DNA of 64,000 bases from a virus, in the IMG/VR virus record IMGVR_UViG_3300021964_007119, positions 18,180 through 82,179 of that record; one strand, written 5' to 3'. Shown piece after piece: positions 1 to 10,710 of the stretch. Both the position numbers and the translations under genes were made by a program. How positions within the stretch are numbered: the first letter of the stretch is position 1; the number at the start of each line of letters is the position of its first letter. The notes beneath the pieces were generated by a model. That model did no database searches. It worked only from the letters and a program-made list of their open reading frames with translations, and was not told the DNA's origin.

Positions 1-622
1 TTTTTTCTTCATTTAAGTATTGTCTTTTATGAATATCACCAATTAGACCCATATCGTAATCGTCAAAGTAATCTATTGTAACCTTACCTGGTAGTGAAAA
101 TCCTACATCAGTTTTTGACCTATCAACTGTTCCGTGATATAAAACAACCTTTGTATCAGCTTCAAAGTCTTTTGCTTTAATGTAGTTCTCTTCATCTTCC
201 CAAACATCCCAAACTACAAAACTCATATCGGCTATGTCGTAAACGCCTGAGCGTTTTAAGTAATGTAAGTTGGGTAAATTTAAATTATTGATGATAGGTG
301 TTAAAACATCTAATCTATTCAAGTTATTTAAATTACAATCGTGATTACCCGTTATAACTATCGTAGGACAAATCTCTGAAAGAGATTTTAAAAAACGAGA
401 AGTTTGGTCTACGAGTTCGGGGGACATATCGGTTTTTGAGTGTGCTATATCACCACCGATATAAATAATAGAATCCTCACGATTCTGTTTGATTTTTTCA
501 TACAACCTTTCAAATACTTGTTCGTATTCGGCGTGTCGTTTTAAATTTCTAATATGAACATCAGATATGTGGTGTATGTATTTAATTTTTTTTAAAGGAA
601 TATCAACTTTTGTTCTTTTCAT
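1..622 (-). CDS. Mre11/SbcD (T4 gp47-like) metallophosphoesterase recombination nuclease, runs off the window edge
   Basis: Not in the ORF track; manual translation MKRTKVDIPLKKIKYIHHISDVHIRN...GGDIAH...ITGNHD...LYHG...GDIHKRQ shows the DxH, GD, GNHD and GDIH motifs; ATG overlaps the primase stop. Confidence 0.88.
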   Translation of the reverse strand, partial: MKRTKVDIPLKKIKYIHHISDVHIRNLKRHAEYEQVFERLYEKIKQNREDSIIYIGGDIAHSKTDMSPELVDQTSRFLKSLSEICPTIVITGNHDCNLNNLNRLDVLTPIINNLNLPNLHYLKRSGVYDIADMSFVVWDVWEDEENYIKAKDFEADTKVVLYHGTVDRSKTDVGFSLPGKVTIDYFDDYDMGLIGDIHKRQYLNEEK

Positions 623-1536
623 TATATCATACCAAGTTTATGTTTCATTAATTCTCTAAATGAAGTTTCTTCTGTTAAATTTTTCATATCTGTAAATTTT
701 TCATAACCAATATCATTTGGGTCTTTTTCAGTCATTTTAATCATATGAACTTTTATACCCTCGTTCATTAATTCTTCTACAATTCTCATACTATCTTTTA
801 CAGCATCATTATCAAGTGCAACATATAGAGTTTTTACTTTCTTTTCTAAAATCTTTCTTTTTAAACTATTCATAATTGTTTTACCAAATAACGGGATAGA
901 ATTTATTTTGGTTGATATTGCATCTAAGGCTCCTTCAACTAATAATATTGGTTCTTCCCAATTTACAAACAATTCAAATCCAACAATATCTTTTGGTGTT
1001 GGTGAATTTCTATATTTAAGTTTACTATCAAATACATCTCTACCGACAAAAAAATTTAATTTACCCCCACTATCATATGAAGGAATAATAATTCTGTTTG
1101 AGTATAGTCCGTCTTCACAATAACCAATTGAGTATTTAATCATATCGTCTGATGAAACTCCTCGTGATTTTAAATACTTTAATGCGTGTTTATAAATTGG
1201 TGAGTTAGATTTTACCCATATAGGTTTGTATTCGTCTGGTAATTTTACTTCTTTGTTTTCTTGTTTGGTTGGAACATACTCAAATGAAAAATCATCTGAT
1301 AATTCTTTTAGTTCACCATATTCTTTTTTGGAAGCTTTGACTTTCTTAAACAACTGAAATAAGTTATGACCACCTTGACCAGATACCCAACAATGCCATT
1401 TTCCATTTTTAACATTGACTTGTAGTTTAGGTTTGTGATGACTAACAAATGGACTCCACCACATATACTCATTTTCTTTTGTTAATTGTTGTCCTTGTGA
1501 TTTTAATACTCTATTGAGTAGATTTACTATCTTCAT
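622..1536 (-). CDS. DnaG-type phage DNA primase (TOPRIM)
   Basis: EGALDA and LDNDA TOPRIM motifs, RIIIP...GR, KDPND; degenerate N-terminal zinc-finger region. Confidence 0.88.
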   Translation of the reverse strand: MKIVNLLNRVLKSQGQQLTKENEYMWWSPFVSHHKPKLQVNVKNGKWHCWVSGQGGHNLFQLFKKVKASKKEYGELKELSDDFSFEYVPTKQENKEVKLPDEYKPIWVKSNSPIYKHALKYLKSRGVSSDDMIKYSIGYCEDGLYSNRIIIPSYDSGGKLNFFVGRDVFDSKLKYRNSPTPKDIVGFELFVNWEEPILLVEGALDAISTKINSIPLFGKTIMNSLKRKILEKKVKTLYVALDNDAVKDSMRIVEELMNEGIKVHMIKMTEKDPNDIGYEKFTDMKNLTEETSFRELMKHKLGMI

Positions 1537-1864
1537 CTAATAATTCTAACAACCTTTCAAACTCTATTGTAGCATAAATTTTACTTCTGTTTCTTTTAAA
1601 CACTAATAATGGTATGTGTTTTCCTGCGTTTGTTTCAGCTTGTTCAAGAGAACTCCATATATTTAATTTCTCTTGATTTTTACATTCTGTTGCAAATGGA
1701 AACAATTTACGAGCGGCTGGTGATAATAAAACATCTTCACCACTATCTCCCATAGTAGTTGAACGAACATCATCTTCTTCTAGTTGTGTGAATTTTTCTA
1801 AGATTAAATCTCGGACTTTATTCTGTAACCTTTTACCTTTGTTTTTAGCACTTCTCGTTTTCAT
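1511..1864 (-). CDS. PD-(D/E)xK Holliday junction resolvase-like nuclease
   Basis: SAKNKGKRLQ...GEDV...ECKN...PLLVFKRNR; probable start MKTRS at 1864. Confidence 0.75.
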   Translation of the reverse strand: MKTRSAKNKGKRLQNKVRDLILEKFTQLEEDDVRSTTMGDSGEDVLLSPAARKLFPFATECKNQEKLNIWSSLEQAETNAGKHIPLLVFKRNRSKIYATIEFERLLELLDEDSKSTQ

Positions 1865-1902
1865 AACCAATAATAAATATAATTGAGATTACCCAAAATC
1901 AA

Positions 1903-3684
1903 TTATTTTTTTCTTAAACTATGTTTCCATTTTCCTCTCCACTCTCGTCTAGCCCATCTTTCAGCTGCTATTTCAAATGGGTTGTTGTCGTGGAAATCTT
2001 TACCCTTATCTTCTTGTTCTTGTCCAGCTTGTGTATACATTCTTACAAACTTTTTACGACCATATTTTTTACTATCCATAGCGTGATAAATTTCGTGTAA
2101 CAAAGTTATCATAAAATCTTGAACACTTTTATAAAAAGGTCTTAACTTTATAATATCTCTGTCAAAATCATAATCACCTTTTGTTGCTCGTGGACTAAAT
2201 TCTAATTTTGAATTAACTCTGTATTTATTCATTATTTTTTTAGCTATTTGTTGAAAGTCTATTCTTTCTAATAATAAAGTTGTTCCGTCTTTTAATGTAT
2301 ATGTTTCTAACATTTTTTGTTTTCTTACCCAAGACTTACCTCTCGGATTTTTTATTGGTCTTTTGATAAATTTAGATATTCCTTTTTTAACCAACATATT
2401 AAATCGTTTTTGTGCTTGTTTTGGTGAAAGGTCTTTGTTGTTATCAATGATTATAAAGTTATTACCACCAAACAATCCTTGAAATCCACCAATATTTTTT
2501 ATAACTTCTCTGTGTGAATCAACAACTATTTTTTCCGGTAGAACTCTGTCACGATTTTTATTTCTTTTAAGTGCTACTTCTAATGTAGTGTTGACAAATA
2601 CCATATAACAATCATATCCTTTTTCCTCTAATTCTTTTTTCTCTTTTGATATTTTTGCATAATCATCACCGGTTCCGTCAATAATCATACCGAGTCTTCC
2701 GTTTTGATATAATTTTTTTCTCACACCGGTTAATTCTTTAGCATAACTTCTCAATCCACTTGCGTCTGGTCCATCACCTGTTAGATTGTCAAATACTTCG
2801 TCTGGTAATGCGTCTAAGTTAGTTCCGAACCCGTATTTTTTTAATAAGAACTTTAACTCTTTATCTGTGTTGACCATTTTCATACCGGTCTGAGATACAT
2901 TAACTCTTTCTGGTATTCCAAATAAACCTTTTGCTACCCAAGTTTTACCACTTCCAGGCCCACCTGCTAAGAAAACTGCTTTTAAAATACCTGGGTCATT
3001 GATACCTTCTTTTAAAATCATTGTTTCACCATTTTTGGTAAGTATGTTTTCCATATGTTTATAATATTCTTTTTCAAATCCCAACTCAACAAAAGCTGTA
3101 TAACCTTTTGGCCCTTGTCTACCTGATGCTTGTGAAGCTTCTTTTAATGGTAATCTAAATGTTACAACTTTTCTACCATTGATTGTTGGCATTCCGTGTT
3201 CATCTTTACCAATAGATTTGACTACGGTTTTTTTATTTTTAAATCTACCAGTTAAAATAGTATCTCCAATCTTTACTGGTATATTTACATCTTCTCTAAT
3301 ACTACGATTTAATTTTCCGTGAATTCTTTTCATTTTTTTTCTTTGTGCTAAACTTGTAGGTATCCAATCTGGTCCAAAAGTATAATCCTTGTTTTCTTTT
3401 GTTTTCTTTTTCATCTTGTTGATATAAGAACGATAAACCGCGGCTTGAGATGATTTACCCATTTCTTTTGCTCGTTGTTCCATTGCTACAGCGGCTTGAA
3501 TTTTGTGTGCGTGAGATTTACCACTACCCTTGATTTTACTTACTGAAGATTTAGCATCTTTAACAGTTGCAAACTTTAAACCTTTGATTGTTCCTTTTGG
3601 ATTTTCATCTGTGTATAAATCTGAATGAGATGAAGAACCTCTATGTTGTCCTTTTTTTCTTGGAACTCTTGGTGTTTCGTTCAT
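1903..3684 (-). CDS. Multidomain putative head protein: basic N-terminal module, small beta module, P-loop kinase (zeta-toxin/AAA_33-like), HExxH metallopeptidase-like domain
   Basis: KAVFLAGGPGSGKT and IIDGTG; LLHEIYH...NPFEIAA; [I/L]xE sites at domain junctions. Confidence 0.65.
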   Translation of the reverse strand: MNETPRVPRKKGQHRGSSSHSDLYTDENPKGTIKGLKFATVKDAKSSVSKIKGSGKSHAHKIQAAVAMEQRAKEMGKSSQAAVYRSYINKMKKKTKENKDYTFGPDWIPTSLAQRKKMKRIHGKLNRSIREDVNIPVKIGDTILTGRFKNKKTVVKSIGKDEHGMPTINGRKVVTFRLPLKEASQASGRQGPKGYTAFVELGFEKEYYKHMENILTKNGETMILKEGINDPGILKAVFLAGGPGSGKTWVAKGLFGIPERVNVSQTGMKMVNTDKELKFLLKKYGFGTNLDALPDEVFDNLTGDGPDASGLRSYAKELTGVRKKLYQNGRLGMIIDGTGDDYAKISKEKKELEEKGYDCYMVFVNTTLEVALKRNKNRDRVLPEKIVVDSHREVIKNIGGFQGLFGGNNFIIIDNNKDLSPKQAQKRFNMLVKKGISKFIKRPIKNPRGKSWVRKQKMLETYTLKDGTTLLLERIDFQQIAKKIMNKYRVNSKLEFSPRATKGDYDFDRDIIKLRPFYKSVQDFMITLLHEIYHAMDSKKYGRKKFVRMYTQAGQEQEDKGKDFHDNNPFEIAAERWARREWRGKWKHSLRKK

Positions 3685-3837
3685 CTATCTATACCCCATT
3701 TGATTTGGATTGATACCTAATTTTTTTAATTTGGCTTTATATTTTTTATGTTGGTTTGCAGTTCTACCTTCTTTAGCCCATTTTTCATTGAGTTTTCGTC
3801 TTCGTTCTTTTCTATCTTTGGCGTTTCTATTCGGCAT
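3685..3837 (-). CDS. Small basic hypothetical protein (50 aa)
   Basis: Manual translation MPNRNAKDRKERRRKLNEKW...; late-type motif just upstream. Confidence 0.6.
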   Translation of the reverse strand: MPNRNAKDRKERRRKLNEKWAKEGRTANQHKKYKAKLKKLGINPNQMGYR

Positions 3838-3869
3838 ATCTACAATTATAAATATAAAATTTTCGATTA

Positions 3870-4988
3870 TTATGTATCAAATCTAACAATAAAACTTATG
3901 TCTAACTCTTTGTCGTTTTTGATTGGTTTGGCTAATTTACCCATAGCTAATAAATCATTGTGGTCGTCATAAAGTGCTATGGTTGTAACATATGGTGCGA
4001 AATTTGAACCTGTCGCTATATCTAACAAAGAACCAGTTCCGGCGTATCCCTCGTCACTATACGAAGAACTTGCTGGCCATATAACTGGTAAATTTAAATG
4101 TTCTGTTGAATAAGTTTCGTCTTCTGGAAATAAATTAGTTGGAACACCAAAACTACCACTATTTCCTGGTGTTAATGTAATATTTGAACTATTGGCAAAT
4201 TCACCCCTTCCAACATTACATTGAATTTCTCTTTCATAAATTGTTCTTGTTGATTTAAAAGTTATATCCCAACCATCATCACCACCCGTATTACCTATAT
4301 TATAATAAGAACCAGTATCGGTTATAACAATCAATCCGTAACTATACATAACATTACCTATAATACTACCAGTCGTTTGTCCACCACCATCAGCTTTAAA
4401 CGATTCTGATGCTACTGCGAAAGATGATGAATAGTTGTTGTCGTATAGATTTCCTAGTCCATCATCTTTTAATGTATAAGTTATATCTGTACTATTATCT
4501 GTGATAGTAACCGATTTTGGTTTTATTTTTTCACCATAAAATTGTCTTGGAATACTAATGATTGAAGCTGATTTGTGTAATATTCTTGATGAAAAGTTAT
4601 ATGTAAATCTATTAGGGAAATCTGATAAAGATGATGATACTATTGCTTTAACTGGTGAATGTGTTTTTTCCCAGTGTGTTAAATCAACTTCACTACTATC
4701 TATAACATTGACATCACGATAGAACATATTGTTTATTGTGAAATATATTGGTGATTCATAAAATGTTGCCCAATATGGATTTTTTCCCATTGAAGATGAG
4801 AGAGAATTGTATACCCCAAAACTTTGTGAATTTGCTGTTGAATTTTGGAAATTGTAAATACTTCCACTTCTTGCACGAATTCCATAAACTCCACTACCAC
4901 TGTCGTTATTTGTGAATGTAAATTCTTTATGGACTTCAAATGACCTAAGTGATACATCTTCCGGGTTTATATTTTTGTAAATACCCAT
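3870..4988 (-). CDS. Virion tail/baseplate structural protein
   Basis: C-terminal PYVTTIALYDDHNDLLAMGKLAKPI resembles the end of tail-collar/fibre attachment domains; Ser/Thr-rich; structural cluster. Confidence 0.65.
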   Translation of the reverse strand: MGIYKNINPEDVSLRSFEVHKEFTFTNNDSGSGVYGIRARSGSIYNFQNSTANSQSFGVYNSLSSSMGKNPYWATFYESPIYFTINNMFYRDVNVIDSSEVDLTHWEKTHSPVKAIVSSSLSDFPNRFTYNFSSRILHKSASIISIPRQFYGEKIKPKSVTITDNSTDITYTLKDDGLGNLYDNNYSSSFAVASESFKADGGGQTTGSIIGNVMYSYGLIVITDTGSYYNIGNTGGDDGWDITFKSTRTIYEREIQCNVGRGEFANSSNITLTPGNSGSFGVPTNLFPEDETYSTEHLNLPVIWPASSSYSDEGYAGTGSLLDIATGSNFAPYVTTIALYDDHNDLLAMGKLAKPIKNDKELDISFIVRFDT

Positions 4989-5001
4989 TTGTATAACCTA
5001 A

Positions 5002-6099
5002 TTAAAAGTCTAACTTAACTTTAATAAGTGCTTCTCTACTTCTTGATTTTAAAATTGGTTGACTTAGTTTTGCAATAGCTAATGGTTCTGCTGTTTCTTC
5101 ACCATAAAGTGCTACAGTTGTAATATAAGTTTTCGGGTCATTTTTAAATGCTTCAATTTTTATATCACCAGAACTTGACACATAAGTTGGATTTGTGCTT
5201 GAATTAAATTCACTATTTCCAACTCTACAAAAGTAATGTGTTGAACTAATTGTTTCTTCTCTACGAGCTTGGAACAATGAACCAGAATCTATAGCTTCAA
5301 CCATTCTATGTAAACTATGCGATATTCTTGAATTTATTACATTTGAACCTGTTTTGTTCGCTAGATAAAATAAAGGGTCTTGTTGTGGAACTGATAATGT
5401 ATGAACATCAGCTACACTTCCAAGTTGTGTAGATTGTAATCTATGAGCACTTAGGATAAGTAATCCAAAGTCTGGATAAAACTTACCATAAGAACCACTT
5501 GCAGCTCCTTCAGATGAAGCGGCTGTATCAATTGTTGTTGAACCACCTTGTATAGAACCAGAAACAATATTATATTCTGTTACTCCAGCTGAGTTTATAG
5601 GGTTCGTATTTGTTGAACTATCATCAATCAATTTAACTTTTATTGTTGACTTATGACCACTCAAATTTAGTTCCCAATTTCCAGGGTCAACTTTTTCTCT
5701 CATACGACTTCTGTCAAGTGATAAAGCGTATATATGTTGTTTAGTAACATCTGTTCCTTGTTCAAAAGTAAATAATTCTGTTTCAGGTGGTTGGGTTAAA
5801 TTTAACATCTGTCCATAAACAGTTGCTGTTTCTCTATTACCATCAACACCAGCTTTTCCTAATGAACCACTACCACCTTTGTGTCCATATAAAACTGAAA
5901 ATTGTTTTTCTGATGTAGAACCAGAAACATCTGTGTTAAATAATTGTAAGTAATATTGTCCATTTGAACTAGACTGTACTGAAGATGTATAAACATTAGT
6001 AAGAGTTGATACTCCACTTGACCATATTCCCGAAGAAACTGTTTGGTTCACCTCTCTTACGATATCATTTTCTTCCACTAATGGTTTTTGATAACTCAT
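5002..6099 (-). CDS. Virion tail/baseplate structural protein, C-terminus paralogous to 3870..4988
   Basis: KTYITTVALY...LAIAKLSQPILKS...VKLDF. Confidence 0.65.
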   Translation of the reverse strand: MSYQKPLVEENDIVREVNQTVSSGIWSSGVSTLTNVYTSSVQSSSNGQYYLQLFNTDVSGSTSEKQFSVLYGHKGGSGSLGKAGVDGNRETATVYGQMLNLTQPPETELFTFEQGTDVTKQHIYALSLDRSRMREKVDPGNWELNLSGHKSTIKVKLIDDSSTNTNPINSAGVTEYNIVSGSIQGGSTTIDTAASSEGAASGSYGKFYPDFGLLILSAHRLQSTQLGSVADVHTLSVPQQDPLFYLANKTGSNVINSRISHSLHRMVEAIDSGSLFQARREETISSTHYFCRVGNSEFNSSTNPTYVSSSGDIKIEAFKNDPKTYITTVALYGEETAEPLAIAKLSQPILKSRSREALIKVKLDF

Positions 6100-6110
6100 T
6101 ATTTATCCCC

Positions 6111-6794
6111 CTAAGTTCTTGTTAAGTTAATTGTTAAACTATCTAATTTACCAGTCTGAAGACCTCTAGCAGTTAAAACTACTTGTCTGTCTTGACTTCC
6201 AAGAATTGCGGTAGGTCTACATTTAATAGTAACTGATGTTCCTATTGTACTTGTTGTTCCTGATGGATTTCCTCCTCCACCAGTACCAGTATATCCACCA
6301 CTTTGACCTGGAGTGACTTGACCTAGACCACCACCTGTTTCTTGTTCTACTTGTGGAACTGAACGATTTGGTTGAGAAGTTGTTACGATAGTAGCATATT
6401 GACTTGAACCTAATACAAATTCATATAACTCTCCTGCAGCATTATCAGTTTCTGCTGTGTATACACTTGATTTTCCTGCTTGGATAGTAGAAGCTCCTGT
6501 AAGTGTTATTATTGGTGCTGTTCCACTATTTTGATTTGCATTATTATTTAAAAAGTATTTAACTGCTAAAGTTTGATTTGGAATAGCTTCTAGAAGATTC
6601 ATACTCTCTATCGCTTGTCCATAAAAGTTTGAACCATTAGGATGTGTGATATCATATAATCCATAATCAATCTCATCATCTGCTAATGCAAACTTTGTAA
6701 TTTTAAATTTTCCTTCTCCTTGTGCTAATAACTCACGACCTTTTTTAGTTAATATAGCATCTACCGTTATGGTTGTGTTATCTAAAACTCCCAT
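6111..6794 (-). CDS. Virion structural protein with tail-collar/fibre-like N-terminus
   Basis: ILTKKGRELLAQG...KITKFALADDE resembles the N-terminus of P2 gpH/DUF3751-type domains; SD AGGAG. Confidence 0.6.
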   Translation of the reverse strand: MGVLDNTTITVDAILTKKGRELLAQGEGKFKITKFALADDEIDYGLYDITHPNGSNFYGQAIESMNLLEAIPNQTLAVKYFLNNNANQNSGTAPIITLTGASTIQAGKSSVYTAETDNAAGELYEFVLGSSQYATIVTTSQPNRSVPQVEQETGGGLGQVTPGQSGGYTGTGGGGNPSGTTSTIGTSVTIKCRPTAILGSQDRQVVLTARGLQTGKLDSLTINLTRT

Positions 6795-6885
6795 TTTTAC
6801 TCCTAATTGTGATTAAATTTTGATTTCATTTTGAAACTACTTCGGTGTCAATTATAAATATATGAAAACAAAATTTTTAGTTAAA

Positions 6886-9800
6886 TTAATTATTTTTTAC
6901 TACCTCAAGTCTTTTACCAGTACTAGTCTGTTTAGTGACTACGGCTGTCTGTGATGTTGCTGATACAATAAATGGAAGTTCCCCATCTATTGTAGTTTCA
7001 ATCGTATTTTTTACCCCCTCAAAATGAATTTTTCTATATCCACTCAAATAATCTGAAGGTGGTTGGTATTCAGCCTTTTTAAATGATGATGAATACGCGT
7101 GAAGTGCAGAACTTGAATATTGTGCATAAATCTGTTGACTTAAACTTGTAGTTAAAGGTTCTCCGACAGCACCTGAACCAGTATAGAATATATCTCTTAC
7201 TTCAAATCTATCACTTAATCTTGATGATGAAATAAATGGTGATAATGCTTCATTGAACAATACATCAGGAACTTTTACACCTTGTACAATAGAACCCGTT
7301 TTATAAGTAGTTGAACTTCTTACAAAAGAGTCTTTGTATCTACTACTATTTAATGATGATGATAATGACGCACTTCCAATCAAATAAAATGAAGGTTCTT
7401 GGAATAAACTCTCTGATACCACACCAGTATAATCATTTGTTGAACCAGAAGCAGATATTATTGCTCTACGGAGTGATTGTGTTGCTTCTAACAAACCTAC
7501 ATTTATTTCTCCCTCTCGTAACAAACTTTCAATACTTGGTGTCTTACCTATTATTTCTTTTGGTCTTTCTAATATAGTAGGTTCGATTAATAAACCAAAA
7601 TTAAACTTGGTTCTTGCTGGAATTACTTTTTTAATTTGTTCAAATATTGCTTGGTCATAAAATTTTATTAACCTTATATATTCCCAAAAATTATTTGTTT
7701 TTGTATATTTTTGGAAATAAGATTCAGCTAGTTCTCTTAAACCTCTATAAAATAATTCTTGTTCATCTCTCGGGTCTCCAATCTCTTTGTCAATGTCTAT
7801 GTCTGCTACTGATTCAATTATATCTCTGTTAATAACATCTGTTGGTGAGAAGAACACACCGACCTTATTCGAATCAATTGGTGCTGTATCATATGAACTT
7901 TGTTCTGTTCTATAATCAACTGATAATCCAGAACCACTATTTATCCAATTTCTTTCTATACGAACTTTTGAATTTGATAGTTTATATCCTATATTTGGCG
8001 TAAGAGATTTTTCTTCTTGTTCTACATTACTAAATGTATTTGCGGTAAATCCAACTGCACTACCTGACTCAAACGCTCCGTCAGAGTTAGCAAACAAGTT
8101 TTGGTCTGGTGCTATATTGTTTAAAGTTGGTGATGTTGATAAATTTTTGTTATCATCTAATCTTAATCTAAATACTAAATCTGTAAATGATGATGATGCG
8201 TGATTACCATTTATTGCTTTTGGAGCTCTTGTATGGTTGTTAAATGCTGATTCTGTTAGTGGTGAATTGTAATATCTTATTTCTTGTAAAGAACCTGTAA
8301 ACTCTCCACCTAAATCACCAAAAGAACCTGTTGAACCAAAGAACATATCACCACTTGCAGTCCATTGTCCGTTATGTAGTGATGAAGTTAATCCTGCTCC
8401 TGTGGTTGAACCACTTAAAATCATTGAAGTTGATGAATCATAAAGTATTTTACTTCTGCCAGCTTCATATTGTTTTACAAATAAATTATATTTTATACTT
8501 GATGTTGTCTCAAATTCGTTCTTTACTTCTTGGTCATATCCACTACTTAGTTCTCTTGTAATACCTACTGACCAAAACTCATTATTGTAAACTGGGAATA
8601 AAGATGAAGTAACACTCGTTGTTCCTAGTGAACTTGTGATTAAAAATTCTACTTTACCTTTATTATCTGTGATTGAACCTTGTTCTAATAATCTTACTGC
8701 AAATCTTTGGTCTTTGGCTACCAATACTTGATTGGAACTTGACGCGGCTCTAAATCTAAACTCAATAGTATCCGGTGTTCTTAAACTACCTGATGTTTCT
8801 TTCCATTGTGTTTGAATATGTTGACTATTTTTAAAATCTAACGCTCTTGTAAATCTTTGTCTAATATCAAATGTTGGTTGATATTCTTTTACATCTGGTC
8901 CACCATACTCATTAATTCTTAATATTGTTGGTGGAATACCATACGCATTAACAAGAGCTTGAATTGACTCTTTTGTTCCTTTTCTTTTTAAAATATAAGG
9001 CATACTCGATAACACACGACCCCATATTTCTCTTTCAATATCTTTTTCTGATTCTGTTGAGTAAACTTCATATGTTGATGAAGTTGCTGAACCACTTAAT
9101 TGGTATCCTTTTATGTATCTATGTAGTTCTACTAGTTCTTTACCTGATGGTTGTTTCCAACCGAATGCATCTGATATAGTCCAAACTAAATCTTTTGATA
9201 ATCCTTCTGTTAATTTTTCTCGTCTATCATAGGTGTCTTCAAATGCTTTAATGTAAATTAAAAAGTTGTCAAAGTAATGTCCAACCATATCTAAGAAATC
9301 TAAAAATGGTTGATTTTCAGAATCTCTTATAATGTGCTCTGGAATTAAATTGACTAAACGATTTGGATTGTTTTGGTCATAGATAGAAGCGGAAGTTATA
9401 TTGTTGTTATACCAAGTTGTAGCGGCTGATGCTGTTACATCTGCTATTGTATATGGTTTAGAAGAATTTGTCTTTGGCCAACTTGTGTCAAATTCTAACC
9501 CAAATGAACTTGTGTTGGCTGATGAGCTTTCATAAAATAAATACTTTTCGTAATGGTCAAAGTTATTTACAATACCATTTTTTAATTCTTCATTTTTGGC
9601 TATTGCTGAATCATATACTGATGATGTTGTTGTGGCTTTTACTGCGAAAGATGCACTTTCTAATGAGTATGCTTCATATTGTTGTAATTTTGTTCTAAAG
9701 TTTTGTAGTCTTTTTTCTACCGAACCAAATGTTGAAAAGTTTTTATATTCATTATAGTCAACATTTATTTTTACTGAGTTACTACCGCTTTGTAATTCAT

Positions 9801-10710
9801 TAAATAAAGAACTTGATAAAAAATTATTATTAGTATAAATGTCTTCTAAACTTTTTTGTCCTGTTTTAGAATTGTTAATATAGTCTATTGATTGTTCTGT
9901 TGGTTGTCTTAGTATAGGGTCTCCTAATTCAGCATCTTCAAATGGATACAGTCTTATAGTTTCTCTAATTGGTTCAGACATTTCTTGAACAATATGAACA
10001 TTTTGTTTTACTTGAACATTATTTGGAACTTCATCATAAGTTTTTAAAACTACCGAGTGTGGTGCTATTTTTACACTATCAACATCAGTTTGTGAATTTA
10101 CAATTACTGATTTTTGATTATTTCCAAAATCAATTAGTGTGTTTAGTTTTTTATAATCAAAATTATTATATTTAATAGCCCAATTAATACTTTGGTCATA
10201 TGTTTTTGGATTTAAATTATCATCAAGTTTATCTTTTAAAGCATCTTGTGTAGTTATGATACCTTGTTCAACATCTACATTTGTAATTTTTGAAACAAAT
10301 CTTTGATATATTTTTTTTGGGATAGATGAACTACCACCAGTACTTCCACCACCAGTTCCAGTTCCACCACTACTATTAATAACTTTCCAATTACCAGGAA
10401 TTTCATATACCACTTCTTTAGTCGAATCTGGTCCAGATTGTTCTCTAGTGAATACTCTAGCTACAACATTCCAATTACCAGTATAATTCTCGAAGTCTAG
10501 TGTTAGTTTTGAATTACTACTTGGTGGTGATGGACGAAAAGTTTGACCATTGTATGAAAGAAGAAATTGATAATTCGTTATTTGTATTCCAGAATCATTT
10601 TCGGTTGTTTCTACTTCAATAGTTCCTTTTTTAATTGAATCACTAACGACAAATGTTTGTAATCCATTTACAATTGAAAAATTTTCTCCATATGTTAGTT
10701 TAAGTTGCAT
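6886..10710 (-). CDS. Large baseplate/tail structural protein with LamG-like segment
   Basis: LKRKGTKESIQALV wedge-type motif; FTGSLQEIRYYNSPL LamG-like end; 1274 aa. Confidence 0.65.
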   Translation of the reverse strand: MQLKLTYGENFSIVNGLQTFVVSDSIKKGTIEVETTENDSGIQITNYQFLLSYNGQTFRPSPPSSNSKLTLDFENYTGNWNVVARVFTREQSGPDSTKEVVYEIPGNWKVINSSGGTGTGGGSTGGSSSIPKKIYQRFVSKITNVDVEQGIITTQDALKDKLDDNLNPKTYDQSINWAIKYNNFDYKKLNTLIDFGNNQKSVIVNSQTDVDSVKIAPHSVVLKTYDEVPNNVQVKQNVHIVQEMSEPIRETIRLYPFEDAELGDPILRQPTEQSIDYINNSKTGQKSLEDIYTNNNFLSSSLFNELQSGSNSVKINVDYNEYKNFSTFGSVEKRLQNFRTKLQQYEAYSLESASFAVKATTTSSVYDSAIAKNEELKNGIVNNFDHYEKYLFYESSSANTSSFGLEFDTSWPKTNSSKPYTIADVTASAATTWYNNNITSASIYDQNNPNRLVNLIPEHIIRDSENQPFLDFLDMVGHYFDNFLIYIKAFEDTYDRREKLTEGLSKDLVWTISDAFGWKQPSGKELVELHRYIKGYQLSGSATSSTYEVYSTESEKDIEREIWGRVLSSMPYILKRKGTKESIQALVNAYGIPPTILRINEYGGPDVKEYQPTFDIRQRFTRALDFKNSQHIQTQWKETSGSLRTPDTIEFRFRAASSSNQVLVAKDQRFAVRLLEQGSITDNKGKVEFLITSSLGTTSVTSSLFPVYNNEFWSVGITRELSSGYDQEVKNEFETTSSIKYNLFVKQYEAGRSKILYDSSTSMILSGSTTGAGLTSSLHNGQWTASGDMFFGSTGSFGDLGGEFTGSLQEIRYYNSPLTESAFNNHTRAPKAINGNHASSSFTDLVFRLRLDDNKNLSTSPTLNNIAPDQNLFANSDGAFESGSAVGFTANTFSNVEQEEKSLTPNIGYKLSNSKVRIERNWINSGSGLSVDYRTEQSSYDTAPIDSNKVGVFFSPTDVINRDIIESVADIDIDKEIGDPRDEQELFYRGLRELAESYFQKYTKTNNFWEYIRLIKFYDQAIFEQIKKVIPARTKFNFGLLIEPTILERPKEIIGKTPSIESLLREGEINVGLLEATQSLRRAIISASGSTNDYTGVVSESLFQEPSFYLIGSASLSSSLNSSRYKDSFVRSSTTYKTGSIVQGVKVPDVLFNEALSPFISSSRLSDRFEVRDIFYTGSGAVGEPLTTSLSQQIYAQYSSSALHAYSSSFKKAEYQPPSDYLSGYRKIHFEGVKNTIETTIDGELPFIVSATSQTAVVTKQTSTGKRLEVVKNN

